The position numbers were made by a program, and so were the translations under genes. Shown here piece by piece: positions 1-10,904 of a stretch of DNA of 60,532 bases. The stretch is from a virus (Duplodnaviria; Caudoviricetes): positions 1-60,532 of the IMG/VR virus record IMGVR_UViG_3300037440_000200, one strand, 5' to 3'. The notes under the pieces were generated by a model. That model saw nothing but the letters and a program-made list of their open reading frames with translations, was not told the DNA's origin and did not search any database. Position 1 is the first letter of the stretch, and each line of letters begins with the position of its first letter.

Positions 1-36
1 TGATAGCCGAGCATCATATCACTCGCCATTCATCTG
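1..36. repeat. 36-bp terminal direct repeat, identical to 60497..60532 (circular assembly overlap)
   Basis: tgatagccgagcatcatatcactcgccattcatctg occurs at both ends; joining them places the terL stop next to the portal start. Confidence 0.95.
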
Positions 37-1471
37 CGCTTTCGCTGTCATCGGTGCTTCGATAATCTCCAAGGTTGTCTTGTGTCGCATCGGCCAACGG
101 CCTGGCCCAGGGCCGCGACATGCAGGCGTAGCGCCAATCGTCCGCGGCATGGTCGATGCTGTTCGTGTCGAGGTCTTCGGGGCGCTTTTCGTCATGCTGA
201 AGCGTCGGAATTGTTGTGATCGAGGCTGTGCAGGTCTTGAAGCAGCCGATCATGGCCCTATCGTCTTCATCACCGATCAGGCGCTGGCGCATCATGTCCC
301 AGCCGCCCATAGCGCCGCGTGACTTGTTGCCTGATCCCGTCGTGACGCGCTTGTTGTCAGCCTTCTTGAAATACACGCCGCGCCCATTCATGCGCTCGGC
401 ATGCGAAGGCCCGCCGTCTTCAGCGAAAGCTGCCGGGTCGAGTACGCCATAGGAGATGGCGTCACCGTCATCACGCTCCTTGATGCCGTCAGCGATCTGC
501 TCTGCCGTCAGCTTTAATCCGCGCGCATAATCCTTCGGCTTGCAGGTGTACCACTCGCGATAGCGAAGCAGGAAACCGCGCGGAAGGATCTTGCCTTCAG
601 GCGTCTGGAACGTGTCTGACACCACGGCCCACCAGCCGATCGAGCTCGGTGACGCAGATCCCCAGTCCATCGAGCGAAAACGCATCCAGTCTGCCGGCAC
701 GACAAACGGTTCATGCACATGGCGACTTTCCCGCCAGCAATCGAAGAACGCCCCCTGAATTGCTGTCCAGTCGCCTTCGAGCCAGCCTCGCACCAGTTCA
801 GCAGAGCCGACCATATAGAGTCGGTTGATATATCCCGGATCGCTGGTCATCAGGATCTTGTTGTCAGTGATCCGTGATGGTATTGTCGCGTAGCGGTGGG
901 TTGCGCCGTTTGGCAACAACCGGGAGTGCACCTGCGGCCGCTTCGGGAATGGCGAGAGATGATAACGCTCTCTCAACCAGTGCTGACCAGCGCCGCCGGG
1001 GTTTGCCGTCAGGATAAGCTGTGTAGGCACGCCTTGAGCTGAGCGGAGCACACCAAAAAGCCGATCAATCGGCGATGATGTCACGTAATGGCCGGCTTCT
1101 TCTACCCAGGCATCAGTGACGTTGCGGCCCTGCCACTCGTTTGCGTCCTGCTCGCTCTCAAGATAGCGGAAACTGACGCGCCCCCCATTCGGCATGCGCC
1201 AGAGCGTCTTGGTTTCGTTGAACTTTGCGCCGAGCGGGCCATATATCTCTTTGCTGCGCTCGACAGCATCTTCTGACGAGACAGTCGTGCGGCGAAACAT
1301 GATGGCGTTGAAGTGCTTGCCGTAACGCTTTTCCTTGATCGCCCAGCGACCGAGAACGCCGTCCGTCTTGCCCCCGCCGCGCGCGCCGCCGAAGAACACC
1401 TCCTGAAACGGACAGTCAACCAGCGCTTGCTGTGGTCCTGCTTGGGGTGCCCATAAGAGCTTTCGCTTCAT
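14..1471 (-). CDS. terL: Terminase large subunit
   Basis: Walker A GGARGGGKT, Walker B-like WVEEAG, TANPGG motif, RNase H-like C-terminus (SMDWG ... DHAADDWRY). Confidence 0.95.
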   Translation of the reverse strand: MKRKLLWAPQAGPQQALVDCPFQEVFFGGARGGGKTDGVLGRWAIKEKRYGKHFNAIMFRRTTVSSEDAVERSKEIYGPLGAKFNETKTLWRMPNGGRVSFRYLESEQDANEWQGRNVTDAWVEEAGHYVTSSPIDRLFGVLRSAQGVPTQLILTANPGGAGQHWLRERYHLSPFPKRPQVHSRLLPNGATHRYATIPSRITDNKILMTSDPGYINRLYMVGSAELVRGWLEGDWTAIQGAFFDCWRESRHVHEPFVVPADWMRFRSMDWGSASPSSIGWWAVVSDTFQTPEGKILPRGFLLRYREWYTCKPKDYARGLKLTAEQIADGIKERDDGDAISYGVLDPAAFAEDGGPSHAERMNGRGVYFKKADNKRVTTGSGNKSRGAMGGWDMMRQRLIGDEDDRAMIGCFKTCTASITTIPTLQHDEKRPEDLDTNSIDHAADDWRYACMSRPWARPLADATQDNLGDYRSTDDSESADEWRVI

Positions 1472-1474
1472 ACG

Positions 1475-2086
1475 CTAGTGAACGGCGTCCGAGCTTTCGG
1501 CGTATTCACCAGTCCAATCGTCTTCGTCCATCGGCTTGTCGGAGATGTTGTAATTGGTGTTGATGTTCTCCGAGCGTTCAATGAACATGCCGAGATGCTT
1601 GCCGAGATCAACCAGCGCTGCGCGTTTGTCAGCAAGCTTGAATGTGACCTTCTCAATCTGAGGGACTTTCCCGGCTTCGTCTGCCTTGCTCTTGCCGCCA
1701 ACCAAGGCAACGCGATCAACTTTGATCTCATGGATAGCTGCTGCCTGATCTCGCGTAAGCGCTGAGAAATCGACGCACGCCAAGCCGTCATCAGTCAATG
1801 AGACATAGTCCATCATGTTCGAGAAGCCGAGCAGAGCAAGTTCCTTAAGAATGCGCTCTTGAGTTACATCATACTGCTGTTCAGCTTTGTTTCGCAGTCT
1901 TGTCGTATTTGCTGCAATACGTGCCGCGATAATGCCGTGCTTCATGAGGTCTTGCGCTCGGCGATTAATGGTCTCTGGCTTCATCTTGGAAGAGTTGTAT
2001 GATCGCCGGTAAGCTTCATTGGCGTTGCCTGTTTCAAGGTACGCGCGATAGAATGCCTCCTGCTTTGGCGTGAGCTTTGTGGTCAT
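1475..2086 (-). CDS. terS: Terminase small subunit
   Basis: LTPKQEAFYRAYLETGNANEAYRRSY N-terminus and KLADKRAALVDLGKHLGMF C-terminus; immediately upstream of terL. Confidence 0.92.
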   Translation of the reverse strand: MTTKLTPKQEAFYRAYLETGNANEAYRRSYNSSKMKPETINRRAQDLMKHGIIAARIAANTTRLRNKAEQQYDVTQERILKELALLGFSNMMDYVSLTDDGLACVDFSALTRDQAAAIHEIKVDRVALVGGKSKADEAGKVPQIEKVTFKLADKRAALVDLGKHLGMFIERSENINTNYNISDKPMDEDDWTGEYAESSDAVH

Positions 2087-2263
2087 GTCAGCGGGCGAAC
2101 TTCTTCACTTCGGAAACTGAACCTTCCGGCGATACTGAAAACAGTCGGCACTCGTCGGTGACGACTAGAACTTTGTCGCCGAACGCGCGCATGCTCTTGA
2201 TCGTGCCGCTTCCCTCTGGGAGTTGCAGTGCCTTGGGGCGGGCGAACTTCTCTTCACGCGGGG

Positions 2264-2671
2264 TCATTGGCCACTAAGCCCGAGGTGATCGTCTACTTTG
2301 GATTTGATCTTATTGAACACTAGAGGTTCTGTTTCCGGCAGACTTGCGAGAAATTCCGCTGAGAACTGCGGGTCAACAGGAGCTTTCGCCAATGGCGCGC
2401 CAACAGGAAATCCGCTGCTGAACGCCCAAACATTTTCAGCCTTGCCTCCATTGAGGTTGGCAAAGCGCATGACGCGCTCGATCTGATCAGGGTGAAAACG
2501 CTGATTGTTGCTCTTGCCGTCAACGTCCAGCCAGTCGCAGGACACGTAACCGGCGTCTTTCGGCCAGCCTTGTTCAGCGGCCTGTTGTCCGGTAATGTGA
2601 ATGCGAACGGTCATGACGGCACCGCCTGAACGGAGCGATACAGTCTCGCCTGTTTTGAACTCTGTCGTCAT
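2264..2671 (-). CDS. DUF2158/YodC-like small protein
   Basis: FKTGETVSLRSGGAVMTV ... VSCDW ... FHPDQI pattern. Confidence 0.7.
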   Translation of the reverse strand: MTTEFKTGETVSLRSGGAVMTVRIHITGQQAAEQGWPKDAGYVSCDWLDVDGKSNNQRFHPDQIERVMRFANLNGGKAENVWAFSSGFPVGAPLAKAPVDPQFSAEFLASLPETEPLVFNKIKSKVDDHLGLSGQ

Positions 2672-3533
2672 GCTAGCTCATTCCTCATTATCCTTGAGAT
2701 AAACGCGGCGAAACCATAGAATCACTGATCTCGTCGAGATGTTCGGCCATGAACTCATCCAGCGCAGATTGCGCCTTTGCCTCGGTGAGAGTATCCGGCC
2801 ATTCGAGAACAGCAAAGCCTCCGTACTCGGTAATGCCGCCAGTGATCTGGCCTTGTGGCGTGTTGAAACTTACCGGGTGGCTGCCGCAGGGGTAGAACCT
2901 GCCGTCATCTCGCGGGACTGTGCTGCACGCAGCGCAACGGCCTTCAATGAAGGCGTGCTGCTTGTTTGATGGCCAGTGATGGTCACGCATAGTCATTTGC
3001 GCGGGATATCCTCTTGGCGCTTCAATTCTGTGCCCGGAAAGTTCCGCTCGAACCATGCTCGCGATCCGGGATCGTCCCATAGGCTCTTCGGGATGAAGAA
3101 ATAGAGATTGTCAGGCGGTGGCGGGCTTTCCTTCGCTGCCTTCAGAAGGCGAGATATGTCATCCCTCGTCAGCGCTTTCGCTTCAGGCTCATGCATGATC
3201 TGTTGCCTTGTATTCTTCAATGATAGCGTCGAGCTTTGCTTTGGTGACGACGCCGTTTATCGTTCTGGAGACCTTGCCAGCCGTGATTGTGCCTTCGTGA
3301 ACCGAAGCGCCCTTGACGCCGTGATCCTCATCAAGCGCCCTTCGAAATTCAATCATTAGACTTAAATGCTCCCACGTGCAATTCGAAGCCCTGAAGTCTG
3401 AGATCGACGGGTGGCTTCAAAAGAAGGCGTATACCTTCAGGGTCGAACGCGATGCTCAGGGAAGATAGGTCCGCCGTGCATTTCAATTCCCTCGTGAAGC
3501 AAAATGCGCTTTCCGCATATTGGTGAAACCTCG

Positions 3534-4069
3534 GTTAATTGCCAGAAGCCGGTCAGTTGGGCTTCGGAAGCTCGATCGTCTGAAAGCCCGAAGTATCGCC
3601 GGATTCGATGGCGTCAAGAACTTCGTCCATGCGGTCGGAAATCGTCTCGCGGTTCGCGGCAACATCATCCTCAGACCAGCCACCCCATGTCATCTCGTAA
3701 AGAATGTGGGCAGCGGTCTCAAGATCGGATAGACTGCCTACTTCAGGCTCGATCAGCACCGGCATCGCCAGCCATTCCAGCCACGATGTGCAGGTCAATG
3801 ACCACCGCTGATCGTCGCCAAGATATTTGCCGTAAACTTCTACACGAAAGAACTCATCGCGGCCATCTGCCAGAACACAGCATAGATCAGTCTGCGATGG
3901 TGTCAGCTTGCGGATTGCAGAAAGCGCGTCTCGGTAATCGTTTTGCATGCCTTCTTCGTACAGCCGCTCGACTTCCGCAACAAGAGCCTCGTCATCAAGC
4001 TTTTCGAGCAAGCTGTGGACCGTGTTGACGTTCATCGAAACTCTCTGTGTTAATTGCCAGAAGCCGGTC
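3534..4069. repeat. Pair of 21-bp direct repeats (3534..3554 and 4049..4069)
   Basis: gttaattgccagaagccggtc occurs twice exactly. Confidence 0.9.
3553..4035 (-). CDS. Hypothetical protein, DUF6557-like; start moved to the ATG after an AGAGAG RBS
   Basis: WSL..W.EWL.M and AAHILYEMTWGGWSE motifs; flanked by 21-bp direct repeats. Confidence 0.55.
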   Translation of the reverse strand: MNVNTVHSLLEKLDDEALVAEVERLYEEGMQNDYRDALSAIRKLTPSQTDLCCVLADGRDEFFRVEVYGKYLGDDQRWSLTCTSWLEWLAMPVLIEPEVGSLSDLETAAHILYEMTWGGWSEDDVAANRETISDRMDEVLDAIESGDTSGFQTIELPKPN

Positions 4070-4115
4070 CAGTGCGAATGGAACCGGCCTCTGGCCCCGA
4101 CCCCGAGCGGGAAGC

Positions 4116-4307
4116 TCACTTGCCGAAACGATCCAGAACATCATTCAAAGCTGCCTGATAGCCGTGATGCCAATAGGCTCGCTCTGGCGTATCCGCGTCG
4201 AGATGTTTTTGATCGGTGAAGGTAAACGGCGCTTCGTCCGTAAGCCAGTTTTTTATCTCGTCGCGCCGCTGTTCGAACTTGCGGAGAGTTTCGTCGCCGA
4301 TATCCAT
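4116..4307 (-). CDS. Small hypothetical phage protein
   Basis: GAGG RBS; ERAYWHHGYQAAL motif. Confidence 0.6.
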   Translation of the reverse strand: MDIGDETLRKFEQRRDEIKNWLTDEAPFTFTDQKHLDADTPERAYWHHGYQAALNDVLDRFGK

Positions 4308-4917
4308 GTGACCTCGTAAACTTCTGGCGTCCAGCCCAGGATTTTAAACGCCGCCAGAAACTCTTCCACAGTTGCGCCCGGACGCCTTGCCCCGTGTGCG
4401 CAGGATTTGAGTTTCCGGTCTCTCCCGGATGTCACAGGTCGTTCTCCGCGAGACAAAAGCCGCTGCAGTCACCCTGTTTTTCCGCCCAGCTTTCCGGACG
4501 CCATTTCTGGCGAAACTGGTGCCGGTGCCTCTCCCGGCTGTCACGGGCAAATTCCCCCGTCTCAGTCAGCTCTGAGGCGACAACTGACTACCTCCGACCA
4601 GCACCCTTAGTCCCCGCTTCGTCGGCTGGTCGTTGGTTCCCAGACTCGGCGGGCAATTCAAATCATCTAACGATTCTAACGTAATTACCTGAAAGCGCAA
4701 ATGCTTAGGTGGGTAATCCACTGACGAAAAACACTCCCGAGTAAGAACAGCTTTTTCAGCATCGGCGCAAGCCAAAGTCGTTGATTTTCAAGGGTTTTGA
4801 AGGGGAAAGACTGATGTTGCGGTTGCTGAGTAGGCGCAATTCGGGCCAGTTAACGAATAGGATTATCAAAAAAATAATCGCGGCGCAAGCACTTTTTTGC
4901 TTGACACAAATATTTTT

Positions 4918-5562
4918 TCAGAAGTGGTAAAAACGCCCGAGCCTCGTTAGCAAAGCTTGGATATGCCCGATGCCATTCGCACGGGCCGTTTCTTCGTTCT
5001 TGTACCCGGCTTTCATGAATCCGATAAGCTCTATATTGAAATTCTCGTGATTTTGAACGTCGTCTTTGATAAGATCTCGGAGAAGCAAGGCTTCGTCGTA
5101 GATCAGGTAATTGTACATGAGGTGATCGATGCGGTTCTGGGCATCGTTGACGCAGGCTGTAGGCGCCCGGAAGCCGTCTCCGTCGCCACCATCGGTTAGC
5201 TCACCGTAAGACGACGATGGCCCGGACTTGCCATAGGCGTCTTGTGCGTCCTGCCGAAAGCGTTTCCACCCGCGCTGCTGGGTGAGGTCGAACTTCTTGA
5301 GTTTCCAGATGCGATGGAGCTGCGTATTGGCCCTTGGCTCGAATGCCTTCTCCGCCTCAAGCGTCCGGTGGACTTCGTAGATCGCGACTGCCGTCATGTC
5401 GATGCGCTTCATGACGCTGAGCTGGGAAAGCTCCTTGTAGACTTTCTGCTTTTTTGAGACTGTGCGGTTGCTCATGTACCCCTCGTATGCTGCTCGACTG
5501 CGCTGCGTGTCTTTCTCGGCTTGCGGGAGGTCATTCGGGCCTCGCTCCCGCGCAGTCGCCAT
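4918..5562 (-). CDS. Hypothetical protein in the late-activator (Q) position
   Basis: Last gene of the leftward early arm, before an AT-rich promoter-like stretch and long leader; function inferred from position only. Confidence 0.5.
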   Translation of the reverse strand: MATARERGPNDLPQAEKDTQRSRAAYEGYMSNRTVSKKQKVYKELSQLSVMKRIDMTAVAIYEVHRTLEAEKAFEPRANTQLHRIWKLKKFDLTQQRGWKRFRQDAQDAYGKSGPSSSYGELTDGGDGDGFRAPTACVNDAQNRIDHLMYNYLIYDEALLLRDLIKDDVQNHENFNIELIGFMKAGYKNEETARANGIGHIQALLTRLGRFYHF

Positions 5563-6068
5563 ACTTCTGCTTCAGGTCATCAAATATTTTCTGAGTGCAG
5601 TAGATCACCGCGCCTTTGCTCGCTGCTGTGTGATCATCGACGACTACCTCTTCGCCAGATCGTTCGTCAGTGACCTTCGTTCCCACATCAACGACCATGA
5701 CGTGCATTCCCGCAAATGGCACTGTCGTATACCGCAATGGGTTTTCCATATTCCTCTCCCTTGCGTGCCTTACGGCTTGCTTCAGTCCGGTGATGATCTT
5801 GGAGCGGGGCACGGCTAATGCCTCGTATGCGGGATCATGTTTTCCGGCATATGCCCAATAGCACCCATTCCGCAGTCACACTTGACGGTGTAAGATGGGC
5901 CGTTGCGGTGAAAGTCAGCGTCGCCGCCGCAAAGCTGACATGCTATGGTGCCGCTATCGCCGCCAGCCTTGGCGATCTTGTCGGTCAATGAGACAGCAGA
6001 ACCATCCAGGCGATCGGCCAAATGCTTCAGATCTTCGACCGTGATGCCCATCTCGTCGGCGATGCGCT

Positions 6069-7079
6069 TCAGTTCTTTTTCGTCGATGTCCATTTGAATG
6101 CTCCTGTGCGCCCCAGAGAAAGCCCGTGACGGCTGTTAGTCTGTTTCCCTTCGCGAGTGGAGCGGGCGCGCATCATGGCTGACCAGCAGCACCAGAGATC
6201 ATGGGCCACGGGATCGGCGAGCTTCTCCGCGACTTGCCAAACGTCCATATCAGGCGGATACTTGGAGGCGAAATCCGCGCCGACCATGCCAATGAGCTGG
6301 TTGGCGATGTGATTGCCGCCGGTCAGAGCAAGTTCGAGCGCAGCTTCAAACTCCGCTATTCTGGCGTCCTTGGCAACTTGCCGCGCCGCGGTTTTGCTGC
6401 GTTCACGAGTAACGAGGTAAACTGCGGCTTGCACCGGCATAATATCACCACGCTCCATGAGTTCGTTGAAATTGTCATGGACTTCGGCCATCGTGATTTC
6501 ATCGGTTTTCTCAAGCTCCGCCACCCGATGCCGTGAGGCTTCCATCTCCGCTATTCTCTCCAATCGAGACGACACACAGCCGGTGTGATGCCACTTGACG
6601 ACACCAGGATCATCGGAATGACATAGCGGGATCGGCCACATCATCGGATTGCCTGCTAGAGAGCTGCAAGGGTCTCCGCAGTAATAACAAAGCCTGCCAT
6701 GTCCTTCCAGACCGGTCGTCTGTTTTTCCAGCTCCGCCACCCTATGCCGTGAGGCTTCCAGCTTCCGGGAGAGGTCTTCGATGGTGGCGTTCTTGTCATC
6801 TTCTGCCGCAAAAACGCCTTCCGCCCATGCGATGGCTTCTGGCGTTGGTTCAACGAGTTTGACTTTTCCCGCGACGGCAGACGCGAGTTCAGCTATCCGC
6901 GCGTCCTTGTGAAACAGAAGTTCACGGAGCGAGACGTTTTCAGCATGGGAGGCTTCCAGCTTCCTGCTCAGGTCTTCGCAGATGTCCATGTAGTCGGTGA
7001 TGCTGGCGTCCTTGGCGGCGAGACGGTCACGCATTTCTGCTTCGATCGCGGCTATGCCGGTTAAGCCTTGTTCAGGCAT
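6069..7079 (-). CDS. Mosaic coiled-coil protein (Ead/Ea22-like accessory) with internal repeats
   Basis: Repeated LSRKLEAS and EASRHRVAELEK segments around a CYYCGDPC module. Confidence 0.5.
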   Translation of the reverse strand: MPEQGLTGIAAIEAEMRDRLAAKDASITDYMDICEDLSRKLEASHAENVSLRELLFHKDARIAELASAVAGKVKLVEPTPEAIAWAEGVFAAEDDKNATIEDLSRKLEASRHRVAELEKQTTGLEGHGRLCYYCGDPCSSLAGNPMMWPIPLCHSDDPGVVKWHHTGCVSSRLERIAEMEASRHRVAELEKTDEITMAEVHDNFNELMERGDIMPVQAAVYLVTRERSKTAARQVAKDARIAEFEAALELALTGGNHIANQLIGMVGADFASKYPPDMDVWQVAEKLADPVAHDLWCCWSAMMRARSTREGKQTNSRHGLSLGRTGAFKWTSTKKN

Positions 7080-8270
7080 TTTCTGTCTCCCCGATAAAAT
7101 ATTCCCGGATTGGCTTGGTGAGTTCATCGGACCCGGTTTTAAATTCGATGAGCTTGAGCCATACGCTGATGCGTTCGTAAGAAATCCTGCGTTCTTGCTC
7201 GAACGCCAATTGCGCCAATACAGCTAGGATTTCCCGGAGCGCATCGCGGCCCTGCTCATCAAGGGAATACGCCAGATTTTCCGCGCTCAATGCCTGATCG
7301 ATGGGGAGCGTGTTGGCAAGCTCGTGGCGTCCTTTTGGAAGCCCTTGCCACGGGATATCCTTGTCGGTATTCTGCCGCTCAAGCCTGTAGGCGAACCGGA
7401 TCGCATCGCAAATGGGGCCGGTAATATCGCCGAATGACGCAGGTTTTCCGTCCTTTGGCCAATCACTCATTGTCTGTCTCCCTGCTACGAATAGCGGCGG
7501 CATCAAGCTTCTGAACAACCCAAGCCGCGCCTTCCAGTCGAAGCCGATACGCTTCAGCCTTTGCATCTTGACCTTCAGCGAAATACTTGTTCATCTCGTC
7601 AGAGCATCGGTCTTGCGCAGCGACAGCGATTTGAATGCAAGCCTCCCGTTCATCGTCTATCGCTTTAGCGATGGCAGGAGAAAGATCACCAGCCACAGCA
7701 GCAAGCTGTTCATCCGTGGCGCCAAGCCAGCCCGGTATATGTTTCGCCAGCGCTATCGACAGGTGAACCTGTAACTGGTCTTGCTGTGAAAGCTTCCAGT
7801 CGGGGGTGAATTCGTCGGTCATGCTGGAACCTCCGGTGCTGGACGGATGGCGGCGGCGATCAAATACCCGATGTAAAGTTCGCCGTCTGCCGCCAATTCT
7901 TCCGAAAAATTTTCGGCGATCTTCGCGCAGTTCTCCCGCTCTTCACGCAGCGCGTCGGCAATAGCGCACTGAATGCCGATTATCTGATTGTGCGACAGCG
8001 TTTCCACTAGCTTCGGATAAACCGCAAACCAGCCATCTACGATCTCGACTGCCTTCTCCCGCGCTGTGGTTTCTATGGTGTTGTCGGTCATGCTGGCAAT
8101 CCTTGAACCTTTGCAAAATCTGCACAAGTTGAGTTATTCGGAAATTCCGAATAACTTGGCCTTCAATCGTTGAAGGATCGCCCTGAAGGATTTCCAGAGT
8201 GGCTCTGGCTTTCTGGTGATCGGACGACCGCCTCCCGGCTTCCCAATGCGTCTGGACTTGATGTTCTCGC

Positions 8271-8720
8271 TCATGCTGCGATCTCCGCTTCAAGGTCTAT
8301 GACCTGAACAGGGCCGCCGGAGCCGGGATCAACTTTGATGGCGCACTCGACAGCCTCTTTCGCGGTCGCGCCGTGCAGCATCGCACCGATGGCGTATTTT
8401 GAACCGGAGCCGAACGCATCCGGCGCAAACTGCTCATCGGGATAAGGCAGTTGCGTGCTGAACATGAAGCATCTACCATCTTCGAAGACGAGGAATTCGC
8501 CGGGCGGATCGTTGTATTTGCAGATCGGCGTATCTTTCGGGTCGGCACCATCTTCGTACCATTTGATCCATGCGTCGAACCACGAAAAGAAGCCGGTGAT
8601 TGCGTAGACGCGAGCGCCTTTTTCGCGGAGCTTCACCGCTGGTTTGCTGCAGGTAAAATCCGTTGAACCTTGCAGGCTATCCGCCGCTAATTGAGTGCCC
8701 GACCAAGCGATTGTCGTCAT
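8271..8720 (-). CDS. HslV/proteasome-beta-like Ntn peptidase
   Basis: N-terminal MTTIA..LAADS and AFGSGSKYAIGAM..GATAKEAVECAIKVDPGSGG. Confidence 0.75.
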   Translation of the reverse strand: MTTIAWSGTQLAADSLQGSTDFTCSKPAVKLREKGARVYAITGFFSWFDAWIKWYEDGADPKDTPICKYNDPPGEFLVFEDGRCFMFSTQLPYPDEQFAPDAFGSGSKYAIGAMLHGATAKEAVECAIKVDPGSGGPVQVIDLEAEIAA

Positions 8721-8772
8721 GTTCCATTCCCTCTATGCGCAATGCGCAACTATCTGGCGATCTATGCGCAAG

Positions 8773-9012
8773 TTACGCGGGTTGATCCGCTCTCATCCAC
8801 TTCAGGTGATTGCGCCCGTATACGATCCAGAGCGCGAAATTCATTGGCAATAGTCCCCATGCTGCCGATGCTATGATCCAGACCAGCCACAGCGCTTGAT
8901 TGCCAAGCCCGAGCGCCCAAGCCCAGCGGGTCTTGTTTCCGGCAAGCACCGACATATAAATCGTGATTGCCGACAGCAGCCACGGCATGTAGAATATAAT
9001 CTGTTCACGCAT
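8773..9012 (-). CDS. Small membrane protein, PnuC-like
   Basis: Three short hydrophobic helices, Trp-rich (WAWALGLGNQALWLVW ... RNHLKW). Confidence 0.5.
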   Translation of the reverse strand: MREQIIFYMPWLLSAITIYMSVLAGNKTRWAWALGLGNQALWLVWIIASAAWGLLPMNFALWIVYGRNHLKWMRADQPA

Positions 9013-9295
9013 TTTTCTGATCCTCATGACAGGCGACGCACTGGCCGCCGTCGCAATCGTTGTGAAGTCGGTCGTCGTGGGTTTTGGCACTCGTTTCGTT
9101 TTGAGTGCCAGTTTCGCCGTTGAATGCCAAAATGCTCGCGTTCAAAACGCTTACCGGCTCCCCGAAGCCTTCGAACTCAACTTCAAATCCACGGCCTTCA
9201 TCGTAGACTTGAACGATGGTTCCGATTGAGCCTTTACGCAGGCCGATCCAGTCGTATTCGTCTGTTGTCAGGGTGACGCTGTCGTGGAGCTTCAT
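9005..9295 (-). CDS. DUF4926-like protein
   Basis: V.LT.D...GLRKGSIGTIVQVY..GFEVEF. Confidence 0.7.
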   Translation of the reverse strand: MKLHDSVTLTTDEYDWIGLRKGSIGTIVQVYDEGRGFEVEFEGFGEPVSVLNASILAFNGETGTQNETSAKTHDDRLHNDCDGGQCVACHEDQKNA

Positions 9296-10193
9296 ATCCA
9301 GTCGATCCCTTTTTCCCGTAGCCAATCCTCGCGTTCGGCCGCATACTCGTGGTACCCGATGACATCGTTGGTGATGCGCTTTTCGTTCCGACGCCATTGC
9401 ATCTGCATAGCGCCAACAAGGCTGACAGACCGTAATGCCGCAATGTCCGGGTCAAGTTGGCGTGAATGTCGCGCCTGATTGCGGATCTCCCGGATCTTCC
9501 ATTTCGGCAGGCCGCCAAGGCTACGCAGAAACCGCACTAGAGCCGAGCCGCGCATTCCTGGAACAGCGCTGCTGGCCTCCATGCCGGGGGCACCATACCC
9601 AGCGCTACCTACGTCCAGCACGGTGGCTCCCGCAAGTTTCGCCACCTGCCGCTTGATCTCGTTGCCAGCCAGCGGCAGGGAAGGCAGCGCCCGTAAAAGG
9701 GATCTCCGCGTTGAGTGCCAAATCATCAGGAAGCCAAGCAAGATCAGTCGGCGGCAGCGAGTTCTCGGTCACGCTGATGCCTGCAAACGCCAGCAGATTG
9801 AAAGCGCTCTCCCGGATGGCTTCAAGTTCCAGATCGCCGATGTCACATCCGCTGATCATATCGGGTTCGATGGTCACGACTTCCTCGCCGTTCAGATTAA
9901 CCGTGACGGACCAGTAATTTTCGCTCATCTGATTTTCCCTTCTTCCCGCATCCGCGCCCTATGCCTGTTGATCAGATGCCGACTGCATCCGGCACGATCC
10001 GCCAAAAGCACGGAGCTTCTATTCGGATCAGACAGGATGACCGCCTCGATTTTCGCTACCCTCTCACGGTCTCCGGATACATAGGTGGGGCCGTGTTTCC
10101 GCTCCATTGCCGCGTGGATCTTCTCAATCACACGGCATATGGCCCGCTCCTCTGTCGGGGTGAGAGGCTGGATGTTTTCCTGATAGCCGGGGG

Positions 10194-10904
10194 TCATGCG
10201 GCTTCGCTTTGCTTGTATTCAGCCACAAGGGCATTGAGGTCATCACTGGTCATGCGCGGCAGACCAACCGCCAATCGGTGCGTCTGCTGTGCAACGGTCC
10301 ACATGCCGAGCAAATTCCCGCGCATCATGCTGGCGTTTTCAATTCTTGTGCCGTCTCCAATCGCCGCCATGAGGTCACGAATTACCGCTTTGCTTTTACG
10401 TTTCACAGTTTCAACTTGATATCTATCAGGAGTTTCCTGTTCTTTACAGCAAAAGTCAAACAATCCCCATATCCAAAACTCATCTGCCGCCTGTTTTATC
10501 AACGGATAATCTTTCATCATCCGGTGAGCCGCTTCGATCCTGTATTGTGAACACTCGGGGTATCTTCTTTCGAGGAGATCATTTTCCCTGCGGACGTGCT
10601 CCCGGCCAGATTCCATCTGCTTGATGGCTTCCGCCTCGATGGTTTCCTTGCATGCCTTGTTGCACTCTGCCGGGAGCGGAAAATCCTTTTTGGTTCGCAC
10701 CGCGATTATATTTTCCACCGCTTTTTTCAGCGTCTCATCATCGAAGGTGTTCAAAATTTTGATGTACGGCTCACAAAACTTTTCAAGATTTTCCTGAGCT
10801 TTCCTGATGTCATCAGGGTTTTTTGTTGTCGCTTTGCACCGCGCAGGAAGTTCGAAAACCTGCCGCATCGGCTCAATAAAACTCGAAATCACATCGCTGG
10901 TCAT
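10194..10904 (-). CDS. Putative replication accessory / helicase-loader-like protein
   Basis: Directly downstream of initiator; LKKAVENIIA..FPLPAEC motif typical of this position. Confidence 0.45.
   Translation of the reverse strand: MTSDVISSFIEPMRQVFELPARCKATTKNPDDIRKAQENLEKFCEPYIKILNTFDDETLKKAVENIIAVRTKKDFPLPAECNKACKETIEAEAIKQMESGREHVRRENDLLERRYPECSQYRIEAAHRMMKDYPLIKQAADEFWIWGLFDFCCKEQETPDRYQVETVKRKSKAVIRDLMAAIGDGTRIENASMMRGNLLGMWTVAQQTHRLAVGLPRMTSDDLNALVAEYKQSEAA

Noticed and set aside
4320-4660. tRNA genes in the late leader
   Set aside because: Hairpins are present but I could not build a cloverleaf with T-loop and D-loop consensus
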